The notes under the pieces are model-generated. The model ran no database searches, was not told where the DNA came from, and saw only the letters and a program-made list of their open reading frames with translations. Positions 25,419 through 33,566 of a stretch of DNA of 64,000 nt are shown one piece after another. Location: the NCBI GenBank assembly GCA_051117635.1, contig JBNPEH010000014.1, positions 2,786-66,785 of the forward strand. Direction: 5' to 3'. Position 1 is the first letter of the stretch, and each line of letters begins with the position of its first letter. The stretch is from Opitutales bacterium. Lineage in GTDB: Bacteria; Verrucomicrobiota; Verrucomicrobiia; Opitutales; JABSRG01. The position numbers were made by a program, and so were the translations under genes.

Positions 25419-28400
25419 ATCGGCCTTCAGCCCTTGCTCCAGTTTCTCCAGCGCACGTGACAATCGGAGGATTTCCCCGTCGGTTTCCACCCATGCCTCC
25501 CGTTCCGGAAACTGGCCCGATCGCAACCGGTCCTCAATGGGTCTCAGGATGTTGGATACATTGGAAAAGCCCACCAGGTCGCACTTGCCGGCAATGTGGT
25601 GCACCGCCCGGGCTGCCGCCTTCGGGTCTTCGCCGGTCAGGGCCGCCCGGGCCTGAGCCCACCCGTTGCGAATATCACGCCGCAGGGTCCGGACCGCCTC
25701 CAGGCGGGCTGTCGGGTCGTCCTTGCGATAGAACAGGTAGTCGGTTCGCAGCGGCGGGTCGTCGGCGGCCGGGGCGGCGGCGTCGCTCTCGGAAGTCGGG
25801 ATTGCTGTCTCACTCATGGATTGGGTCGACCGGCCGAATGCCTTCGTCAGGCCACTCAAGACACCACGGAGGTGGTCGGGGTCCACCGGTTTGCTGATAA
25901 ACCCGTCCATTCCCGCGTCCAGGCAGGCCTTCCGGCTTTGTTCGGTGGCATAGGCGGTCACCGCGAAGATCGGTACCGAGCGCAGGGTTTTGATGCGGCG
26001 GGCGAATTCGGGTCCCTCGCCGTCGGGCAGGCTGAAGTCCAGTAGCACCGCGTCGAATCGATCCTGGCGAAACACCCTCAGCCCGTTTTCGCCGTCCCCG
26101 GCGACCTGGGAGGTGCATCCGCACGCCTCCAGCATCTCCGCAATCACCTGCCGGTTGTAGACGTCGTCCTCGATGACCAGGACATGCAGGTCCAGCGGTT
26201 CGGACGATGCGAGGGGCAGGGCAACCCCGCCCGCCGGCTCGGAGACCTGCCCGCCCTCCTCCGCCTGAACGGGGGAGCTGTCCGTTTCCGAAAGCGTCAG
26301 TTCGAAACTGAAGCAGGTGCCCTGACCCGGTTGCGAGTCCACTTTCAGGGAACCGCCCAGACTCAGGGTGAGGGCGCGTGCGATGGATAGCCCCAGGCCG
26401 CTGCCGCCGCCCGGCATCAGTCGCCGCCCGGAGGAACCCTGCGCATAGGGCTCGAATATCCGGGCGCGCTCCTCTTTGGGAATGCCGAGCCCCGTGTCTT
26501 CGATGCTGAAGCGGGCGGTCAGCCGGCCCGGTCGGGAGCCGCCCCGGGTCTCGCAATGGACCCGGATGCCCCCGGTTTCCGTAAATTTGATGCCATTGGA
26601 AACCAGGTTGGCCAGGACATCGAGCAGGATCTGTCGGTCGACCAGAACGGGCGCTTCGGCGCCCTTGTAGTCGATCTTCAAATACAGCCCTTTGGCCTCT
26701 ACCTGATAGGCGAAGAGACTCTCCAGGGTGGTCAGGACCGACTCCAGCGCGACCGGTTCGGGGTTGGGGACCACTTTGCCGGATTCGATTTTGGAGAAGT
26801 TGAGCACGTCGTCGATATGACCCTTGAGGTATTGGCCGCAGGCCAGGATGCGCTCCAGAGAGGGCCTCAGTTCCGGGTGCTCCGCCCGTTTCAGCAGCAG
26901 TTGGCTGGTGCCGATGATGCCGTTGAGCGGGTTGCGAATGTCGTGGCTCATGCGTGCGACAAAGGCCGACTTCGCCTTGCTCGCGCGGTTCAGGTTTTCA
27001 TTGGCCTTGATCAGTTCGAGCGTCCGGGAACGGACTGATTCCTCCAGGATGGCGTTGATCTTGCGCAGGCGGCGAGTCCGCCAGTGGCCCAGGGCCAGCA
27101 GACCGATTACCGCGACGAAGGCATACCCGGTGTAGGCTCCCCAGGTGCGGTACCAGGGTGGGGCGATGCTGAAGCGCAGTTCGGCCGGCGGGGAAAGCTG
27201 GCCGGCCAGATCCCGTTGACGTACCTCGAAGACGTAGTCTCCCTCGCGCAGGTTCGTGAAATCGCGGTAGGTTTGTCGGTTCCAGTTGGACCAGTCCGAT
27301 TCGAATCCCCGCAACCGGGTCTGGAACTCCACGTGGCCGCCCAGATGGAATTGCGGCGCTGCGAATGCGAAGCGAAGGTCGTTGAAGGCGAAGGGCAGTT
27401 GCTCCAGTGCCTCGCCCGTCAGCGGCAGGGAGGCCCGTTGGCCGGGAGCATCCGGGTCGCGGTGCGCCAGCCGGCGCAGCAGGGGAGGCTCCGGTTGTTC
27501 GGGCTCCGCAGGCGGCTCGACTGTAGTCCGGATTAATCCCGTGCTGGCATTGAGCCAGAGGGTGTCTTCTTCGGCAACCAGACTCCACACCTTGCCGCCG
27601 AACGATCCGGGCAGGGTGCGCAGGGTGCCGACCTCGATGGGATCGTCCGGAAGCGCACCGCGAAGCCACAATAATCGGGCCCGTTGCCTGTCCTCGGCCA
27701 GATGGTAAACAAAGGCTTCATGGCCACCCGGGGCTGATCCCAGGACCGAGTTCTGCGCATTTATCCCGGGTGAAAGGATCCGCTCCCGCCGGCCAGGATT
27801 GTGCGGATCGTGGATTTCAAAAAGACCCGCCTCGTCCAGCACCAACAGCCGTTGGTTGATTTTTGCGAACTGCGGGGGATTGCGTCGGTTCGGCAGCGAG
27901 CCCTCACCGCTGAGACGCGTCGTCACGAACCGATAGCCCGTCCCGGAAGGGTGGATACCCACGCGGTATACGCCGTTGTTGACTCCGGTCAGAAGCAGTT
28001 GGCCGTCCGCCAGCTCGACGAATGAGGAAATCGGCCCGGGAATATCTTCAAGCACCCCGCCCGGGACCCAACCCGAAGCCTCCCGCAGATAGTGGCGGGC
28101 GCCGGTGTTGCTGCCGGTAAACAACAAATCATCGTAGGTTTTTGATGGATACACAGTGAACACCTGCCCGGCGTCCCCGTCGATGGTGGTCAGTCTCCCG
28201 CCGTCCCAGGCCAGCAATCCCGCCTGGGAGCCAATCAGCAGCGGTCCTCCCCGGGGCGTGGCCAAATCAAAAGCAGGTCTGCTGAGGCCGGGTACCTGCC
28301 GGAACCGGGGGACCAGAGAATCAGCTGCCCGATCCAGGCGATAGATGTTGTTGCCCGCCGCGACATGAAGGTTGTTGTCGTACCGCGCGGCTGCCAGAAC

Positions 28401-29534
28401 CGGGGTCTCCGCCAAGCCCAGGCGCTCGTCGAGACGATAGGCGTTGAGGTCGAGAGCCACCCGGGTCAGTCCGTTCTGGCCGGCCACCCACAAGCCCTGA
28501 TCCCTGTCGAGGAGCGTGTTGTTGGCCCGATCATCCGTCAGCCCCTGCCCCCCCTTCAACTGATAGCTGAGACGCCCGTCGGCCTCGATGACCAGGACAC
28601 CCGCCTTGAACGTGGGTAAGGCCAGTCGTCCCCCGGGCAATGGCTCGACGGCCATCAGCAGGGCATCAACCAGCGTATCATCGCCTTCGGTCGAAAAGCG
28701 CCGCCATGCGGAGCTGTCTCTCAGGTACAGACCGTTTCTGAGTGTTCCAATCATGGTTATACCGTCCTCCCGATCCATCCGAATACCCACGATCACATTG
28801 CCGGGAAGCGCCTCTGCGGCAAAGCGTCTATCCCATCGGTCCCCCAGGAAGCGATAAAGGCCGTCACCGGCTACGCTGAGAAACGAGATGTTGCCTGACC
28901 GAACGGGTGAAATTCTGGATGCCGCCTCAAACCGGGTCAGGGAGAAGGCCGTTCCATCCCAGCGGTAGACGGTCTGGTTGCCGAAAAAGAGGGTTTGCCC
29001 GAGGTCTGCGTGATGATGCACCGCCCAGATCGGCTCGATCGGCAAATCCCCGTCCTCCAGATGGTCGAGCAGGCTGGTGTACCGGTAATCCCCCTCGGGC
29101 GTGGCCGCAAAGTAACCCATTTCATCAAGAGCCCCAATCCAGATGCGCCCGCCGGGTCCGCTGTCGATACCCCGCACGTTCGTCGCCCCGCCCGGATCGT
29201 GCTGGGTCCAGTGCTGACCGTCGAACCGAACCACCGCCTGGTTGCCGACCCAGATCTGGCCCTGCGCATCCTGGTGGACCACGAAGTTTTCCCATTCGGA
29301 GCTGAAGGCTTCCGCTCCGAACTGCTCGGTCATGGGTAGGCCCGCTTCACCGTTCAGGATGCACCGGGACAGCCCCCAGATCAGCAGCAGCGCGACCCGG
29401 CGGCCATCCGACCTGAGTCCCCTGCCGTTAGCACGAACCCGGTCCCCTTGCCTTCGGGAAAAACGCATCCACCGCATTCCTTCCGTCCGGCCCCGAACGC
29501 CCAGACCTGTTTTTACTAAAATTTTTGTAAACAT
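25404..29534 (-). CDS. Hybrid sensor histidine kinase with periplasmic beta-propeller/Y_Y_Y sensor, HisKA-HATPase, receiver and HPt domains
   Basis: - Repeated propeller-type units and a Y_Y_Y-like segment (FQTRLRGFESDWSNW...GDYVFEVRQRD).
- TM helix, H-box SHDIRNPLNGIIG, and G-boxes (DTGLGI, GGSGLGLSI).
- Receiver (VLVIEDD...AVLLDFSLPDGEG) and HPt (HHIAGKCDLVGF).
- The true start may be the internal MRWMRF/MRF (29477/29468).
- The 3' end overlaps the regulator gene by 15 nt (convergent). Confidence 0.85.
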   Translation of the reverse strand: MFTKILVKTGLGVRGRTEGMRWMRFSRRQGDRVRANGRGLRSDGRRVALLLIWGLSRCILNGEAGLPMTEQFGAEAFSSEWENFVVHQDAQGQIWVGNQAVVRFDGQHWTQHDPGGATNVRGIDSGPGGRIWIGALDEMGYFAATPEGDYRYTSLLDHLEDGDLPIEPIWAVHHHADLGQTLFFGNQTVYRWDGTAFSLTRFEAASRISPVRSGNISFLSVAGDGLYRFLGDRWDRRFAAEALPGNVIVGIRMDREDGITMIGTLRNGLYLRDSSAWRRFSTEGDDTLVDALLMAVEPLPGGRLALPTFKAGVLVIEADGRLSYQLKGGQGLTDDRANNTLLDRDQGLWVAGQNGLTRVALDLNAYRLDERLGLAETPVLAAARYDNNLHVAAGNNIYRLDRAADSLVPRFRQVPGLSRPAFDLATPRGGPLLIGSQAGLLAWDGGRLTTIDGDAGQVFTVYPSKTYDDLLFTGSNTGARHYLREASGWVPGGVLEDIPGPISSFVELADGQLLLTGVNNGVYRVGIHPSGTGYRFVTTRLSGEGSLPNRRNPPQFAKINQRLLVLDEAGLFEIHDPHNPGRRERILSPGINAQNSVLGSAPGGHEAFVYHLAEDRQRARLLWLRGALPDDPIEVGTLRTLPGSFGGKVWSLVAEEDTLWLNASTGLIRTTVEPPAEPEQPEPPLLRRLAHRDPDAPGQRASLPLTGEALEQLPFAFNDLRFAFAAPQFHLGGHVEFQTRLRGFESDWSNWNRQTYRDFTNLREGDYVFEVRQRDLAGQLSPPAELRFSIAPPWYRTWGAYTGYAFVAVIGLLALGHWRTRRLRKINAILEESVRSRTLELIKANENLNRASKAKSAFVARMSHDIRNPLNGIIGTSQLLLKRAEHPELRPSLERILACGQYLKGHIDDVLNFSKIESGKVVPNPEPVALESVLTTLESLFAYQVEAKGLYLKIDYKGAEAPVLVDRQILLDVLANLVSNGIKFTETGGIRVHCETRGGSRPGRLTARFSIEDTGLGIPKEERARIFEPYAQGSSGRRLMPGGGSGLGLSIARALTLSLGGSLKVDSQPGQGTCFSFELTLSETDSSPVQAEEGGQVSEPAGGVALPLASSEPLDLHVLVIEDDVYNRQVIAEMLEACGCTSQVAGDGENGLRVFRQDRFDAVLLDFSLPDGEGPEFARRIKTLRSVPIFAVTAYATEQSRKACLDAGMDGFISKPVDPDHLRGVLSGLTKAFGRSTQSMSETAIPTSESDAAAPAADDPPLRTDYLFYRKDDPTARLEAVRTLRRDIRNGWAQARAALTGEDPKAAARAVHHIAGKCDLVGFSNVSNILRPIEDRLRSGQFPEREAWVETDGEILRLSRALEKLEQGLKADSPAV

Positions 29535-29578
29535 CGCTGTGGAGGTTCGCTTCTGCCTCCCCCCTTCATGATGGCGCT

Positions 29579-29803
29579 ATGACACACACTAAATCCATCC
29601 GTTACACCATCCTTGGCGTTCTCGCCACTCTCTTCCTCACGCTGGGTCTGACCAAAGCCGCCGCTGCCGTCGACCCCCTCACGGACAGCGACGCCGTCGT
29701 TTCACCGACTGATGCAGACCTGACCCCCGAGACCCGCGACGAATACTTCCGGGCTTCCGCCAACATCGCCTCCAACTGCTACTATTCCAAGGAAACTGCC
29801 TGA
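29579..29803 (+). CDS. 74-aa small protein with Sec-type signal peptide; candidate precursor/partner of the downstream YcaO
   Basis: The N-terminus has the n/h/c layout MTHTKSIRY-TILGVLATLFLTLGL-TKAAAA|VDP, followed by a D/T/P-rich middle and the C-terminal ...FRASANIASNCYYSKETA. The stop lies 10 nt before the YcaO start. Confidence 0.6.
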   Translation: MTHTKSIRYTILGVLATLFLTLGLTKAAAAVDPLTDSDAVVSPTDADLTPETRDEYFRASANIASNCYYSKETA

Positions 29804-29813
29804 GCCTCCGTTC

Positions 29814-30725
29814 ATGATTTCCCTCGCACCATTCAAATATCGTCGGGTCACTTCGGATACCGGGGGCCCGATCGATCGAATCGCCTACCGCGATATCGAA
29901 ATCTTCGGGAAGCCGGCCGTCCAGGCCACGGCCTTCCTCAAGCCCGGCCTGAACTCGTTTCCGTGGGATAAGCAGCTCTACGGAAATGCAGACGGCACCG
30001 GGACCCACCTGTCCGCCCAGATTGCCCGCTACATGGCTGTTTCCGAGTCGATGGAGCGCTGGGCCTTCTACGAAAGCCACTGGTCCGACCGGGCTTCCAC
30101 TTACGGGTTCGACGTCGACCCCACCACCAACGGCATGTCGGCCTACCCGGGCGTCCTCGCCCGCCAGGCCCGCAAAAAGGCCCGCATGGAGGCCATCGAG
30201 CGGCATGCGGTGACTAACTGGTGGGAAGGCCTGCTGCCCATTCAGCACTTCAACACCGGGCTCGCCGGCGTTTACGGATTTGAGATCAAACATGCCTTCG
30301 GCAATGCCGCTGTAGTCGTGCTCTGGCACGAGTTCGAGATCCAGGGCCGGGTTCACTACGCCTACGGCTTCGCGTCGGATGAAAACCGCTCCGGCGCCGT
30401 CTGGAAAGCGACCATCGAACTGGATCGCAACATTCACGTGTTGCGCAACTTCCACCAGGCCGACGGATCCGCCAACCTCGACCAGTACACCCGCCTCAAT
30501 GATTTCACGGAGCGGCGGGCCGTCTTCTTCGGCAGCCAGGAAGGCTTTGAGCTCTTCCAGGACCGGATGATGCAGCAACCGACCGGAAGCCCGGTCGAGC
30601 CGGAGGTCCTGTACGACGGCGAAATCACCGGGCCGTGGAGTAACTTCGCCACGGTCTGGCGGGTCGCTTTCAAACCCGCCTCCCAGGCCTATCTCGATCC
30701 CAACGAGATGTACTTTATTTTTTGA
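29814..30725 (+). CDS. Minimal stand-alone YcaO-domain protein (303 aa)
   Basis: Three YcaO-like blocks are present: GNADGTGTHLSAQIARYMAVSESMERW, TTNGMSAYPGVLARQARKKARMEAIERHAVTNWW and YGFASDENRSGAVWKATIELDRN. As I recall them, the corresponding E. coli YcaO blocks are TNGKGATKKAALASALGEYFER, SNGMSAGNTRNEARVQGLSEVFER and FGAHPDFGVALERTVTEL. No signal peptide and no extra domains. Confidence 0.75.
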   Translation: MISLAPFKYRRVTSDTGGPIDRIAYRDIEIFGKPAVQATAFLKPGLNSFPWDKQLYGNADGTGTHLSAQIARYMAVSESMERWAFYESHWSDRASTYGFDVDPTTNGMSAYPGVLARQARKKARMEAIERHAVTNWWEGLLPIQHFNTGLAGVYGFEIKHAFGNAAVVVLWHEFEIQGRVHYAYGFASDENRSGAVWKATIELDRNIHVLRNFHQADGSANLDQYTRLNDFTERRAVFFGSQEGFELFQDRMMQQPTGSPVEPEVLYDGEITGPWSNFATVWRVAFKPASQAYLDPNEMYFIF

Positions 30726-30759
30726 CACCAAGGAAGGCACGTCGAGATAACCATGTAAT

Positions 30760-30794
30760 GGGCCGCCCGATTATTTAGGGCGGCCCTTTTTTTT
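30760..30794 (+). terminator. Rho-independent terminator of the peptide-YcaO cassette
   Basis: 9-bp GC stem gggccgccc / gggcggccc with a 9-nt loop, followed by 8 T. Confidence 0.8.
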
Positions 30795-30883
30795 CCGGGG
30801 GGGGTACTCGCCGTACCGCGCTGCTTCAGCGAGCGGGCGTGACGGGTGCATGGGAGCGTGTTTTGAAGAGGGGAAGCTCCTGA

Positions 30884-31036
30884 AAGTGGCAGCCCCTTGA
30901 AAAGGAAACCGTTCAGGATGCTGAACGGGGCCGTCACCAGGCCGATGCCGACGCCCAGGGCACTGATCGCCAAAAGGCTGAAACCGGGGGTTTGGGTCAG
31001 GGTCCGGAGGGCAAAGCGTAAATCTTGTAGGGTGAT
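30884..31036 (-). pseudogene. Remnant of the N-terminus of a third ADOP/MacB-like permease gene
   Basis: The minus-strand frame reads ITLQDLRFALRTLTQTPGFSLLAISALGVGIGLVTAPFSILNGFLFKGLPL. This is the canonical N-terminal helix of this permease family (compare HDLRFALRLIRKTPWFSGLAVITLALGIG in the gene at 33567..35993). Similarity ends after about 50 aa, and the frame runs into the convergent terminator. Confidence 0.6.
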
Positions 31037-31052
31037 CAGGAATACATTGGAA

Positions 31053-33488
31053 TCAGCCGAGCCGGAGTGCCTGGCTCGGTTCGATACGGGCGGCCCTTCG
31101 TGCCGGTTGCCAGCCCGCTGCCAGACCCACCAGCGTCAGGAATAGCGCCACCAGGATGAAAAGAACGGGATTGGTGGGAGAAACACCTGTCAGGACGGGG
31201 CGCAAGGCCAGCCCGAGCCCGAGCGCGAGGAGGACGCCAAGGCTCAGCCCGATCGAAATCTGGGTACCCACCAGTCGCAGGACATGATTGCGGATGGACC
31301 CGCCATCGGCGCCGAGGGACATGCGAATCCCGATTTCATGGCGCCGGGCTTCCACCGTGTGCCGGACGACCGTATACAGGCCCAGGCCGGCCAACAGCGT
31401 GGCCACGATGCCGAAGACCGAAAAGACCTGACCGAGGACCCGGTGGAGGGCGAGCTGTTCGCTGAGGATGGCGGCCAGCGGCTCCAGCGGCGGCACGGGC
31501 AGGTCTGATCCCAAACCGGCAAAAACGCGCTGCAGGGGGCCGGCCAGATCGGCGGCCTCGCCGGGGTTTTTCGGACGTAGGAGGAGATGCAGGCTGCCGC
31601 TGGCGCCCTGGCTGTAGTTGAGGTAAAGCCCGGCCGCATTGTCGAGGGTGCCGAGGCCCTGCATGCCCAGATCGGGGACAATGCCGATGATCCGGATCCA
31701 GGGCGTTGTTTCCCATCCCGGTTCCCCGCTGTGTGCCTTCAGGCGATGCCCCACCACCGGGTCCACGCCCTCGGCGATGAGGCGGCGGGCCAGGCTGTCG
31801 TTGATGACGGCGAGGGGCTCCCCAATGGCGCGGTCCTGTGGTCGGAAGGTCCTGCCCCGGAGCGGCCGCACATCGAAAGCCTCGAAGAAGCCGGACGACA
31901 CCCAGGCCGCCCGACAAAAGGGAAAGTGGTCCTGGGCTGGATATGTGCGCCCTTCCACGGCGAAGTAGGTAAAACCGCTGCCGGTACCGGGCGGGTGGGT
32001 CGTCAGGGCTGCCCGTTCTATCGCCGGCTCCCGGTTCAGGCCGTCCAACAGCGCGAAAAGAACCCGAAGCCGGGCGGCCCGGCCGGGCAGGCCCGTTTCC
32101 TCAAGGGGCAGTCGGGCGGTGAGCACCCGCTCTTTCAAAAAAACCGATTCCCGCTCTTGAATCCGGATGAACGAGCTGACCATGAGGACCGCCCCGAGAA
32201 TGAGGGCGAAAGCGAGGGCGAACTGGGTCACCACCAGCCAGCGGCTGACTCTCCCGAGCCCGGCGGCCGCGACGTTGGGTGCATTCTCCTTGATGAGGGG
32301 GCCCACCTCCAGACGCGACAAACGCCAGGCGGGCAGGGAGCCGGCTGCCAGTGCCGTCAGGACGGTGATCAGGCAGATGAAGGCGACGACCCGCCCGTCC
32401 AGCTCGAAGACGAGCCAGAAGGGAACGGACCCGGACTGGCGGATGGCCCAGTTGATCAGGTCGATTCCCCACAGGCTGATGCAGAGCCCGGCGGCGGTTC
32501 CGAGGAAGGAGAGGACCAGACTGCCCGTCATGACCTGGGCGACGAGGTGCCATCGCCGGGCGCCGCTCGCAAGCCGTATCGCAAAGGAGCGGACCTGGCC
32601 GGCGGACCGGGCCACCATCAGATTGGCTACGTTGGCGCAGGCGATGCCGAGGACCAGAAGCACCGCCAGAAAGAGGACCAGCGCGGTTTGCTGCAGCGGG
32701 CCTTCGGTGTATTCCTGGTTGAACAACTTGAGCACCGGTACGACGCCCTGGTTGTAGAGGGGCCGTTGACGCTGAAGATCGGACCCGATGGCGGCCAAGG
32801 CCACGCGTGCGGTATCCAGGCTGATGCCGGCCTTCAATCGACCGACGACCTGAAGGTTGCCCCAGCGGGTCGGCTCAGGGTTGTCGGCTTGCAGGGTCAG
32901 GGGCGTCCAAAGGTCCGCATCGGACGGAAAGCCGAAGCCGGGGGGCATGACGCCCGTCACGCGGACAGGTTCCCCGTTCAGCAGAATCCCGGTACCCGGG
33001 GCCTGGGGGGTCCGTTGCAGGATCTCCACCCAGACGCGGTGGCTGATTAGGACGCCGGGTGCTGCATCGCCTCCCGGCTCGAACGCGTCCCCAAAGGCCG
33101 GCTCTACCTCGAGAAGCCGGATGGTGTGAGGTTCGATCGGCACGCCGGTCAGGCTGACGGGAGCGCTGTTTCCGACCTGTAGCAGCATGGTCCGGCCGGG
33201 CAGGTACGCGGCGAGGTCCTCGAAGACGGCATTGCCGGCCCGCCAGTCCCGGTAGTCCGCCTCCGTTACGCCCAGTCCGCGATAACCGAGGGTTTCATTG
33301 TCTACTTCGAGATGAATCAACCGGTGGCTGTCCGGATAGGGCAGCGTCTTGAAATAAACCGCGTTGACGACCGAAGCCAGCGTGATGACCAGGCTGATCC
33401 CGATTCCGAGCACCAGCGTGGCAAGCAGGGTAAACCCCGGGCTGGCCCGCAGTTGGCGAATACTGATCGTGAGGAAATGGCGCCACAT
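31053..33488 (-). CDS. ADOP-family (duplicated MacB/FtsX-like) ABC transporter permease
   Basis: 811 aa. N-terminal IRQLRASPGFTLLATLVLGIGISL helix, two MacB-type periplasmic domains and two FtsX 4-helix modules (ACANVANLMVAR..., IGIRMSLGAD...). Confidence 0.85.
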   Translation of the reverse strand: MWRHFLTISIRQLRASPGFTLLATLVLGIGISLVITLASVVNAVYFKTLPYPDSHRLIHLEVDNETLGYRGLGVTEADYRDWRAGNAVFEDLAAYLPGRTMLLQVGNSAPVSLTGVPIEPHTIRLLEVEPAFGDAFEPGGDAAPGVLISHRVWVEILQRTPQAPGTGILLNGEPVRVTGVMPPGFGFPSDADLWTPLTLQADNPEPTRWGNLQVVGRLKAGISLDTARVALAAIGSDLQRQRPLYNQGVVPVLKLFNQEYTEGPLQQTALVLFLAVLLVLGIACANVANLMVARSAGQVRSFAIRLASGARRWHLVAQVMTGSLVLSFLGTAAGLCISLWGIDLINWAIRQSGSVPFWLVFELDGRVVAFICLITVLTALAAGSLPAWRLSRLEVGPLIKENAPNVAAAGLGRVSRWLVVTQFALAFALILGAVLMVSSFIRIQERESVFLKERVLTARLPLEETGLPGRAARLRVLFALLDGLNREPAIERAALTTHPPGTGSGFTYFAVEGRTYPAQDHFPFCRAAWVSSGFFEAFDVRPLRGRTFRPQDRAIGEPLAVINDSLARRLIAEGVDPVVGHRLKAHSGEPGWETTPWIRIIGIVPDLGMQGLGTLDNAAGLYLNYSQGASGSLHLLLRPKNPGEAADLAGPLQRVFAGLGSDLPVPPLEPLAAILSEQLALHRVLGQVFSVFGIVATLLAGLGLYTVVRHTVEARRHEIGIRMSLGADGGSIRNHVLRLVGTQISIGLSLGVLLALGLGLALRPVLTGVSPTNPVLFILVALFLTLVGLAAGWQPARRAARIEPSQALRLG

Positions 33489-33566
33489 GCTTACGATCGA
33501 CCCCGTTAGCCGGAAGTTCTCACCGGAATCGGAAAAAAGGGGAGTAGGCCTCTACCTCGAAGCGGC

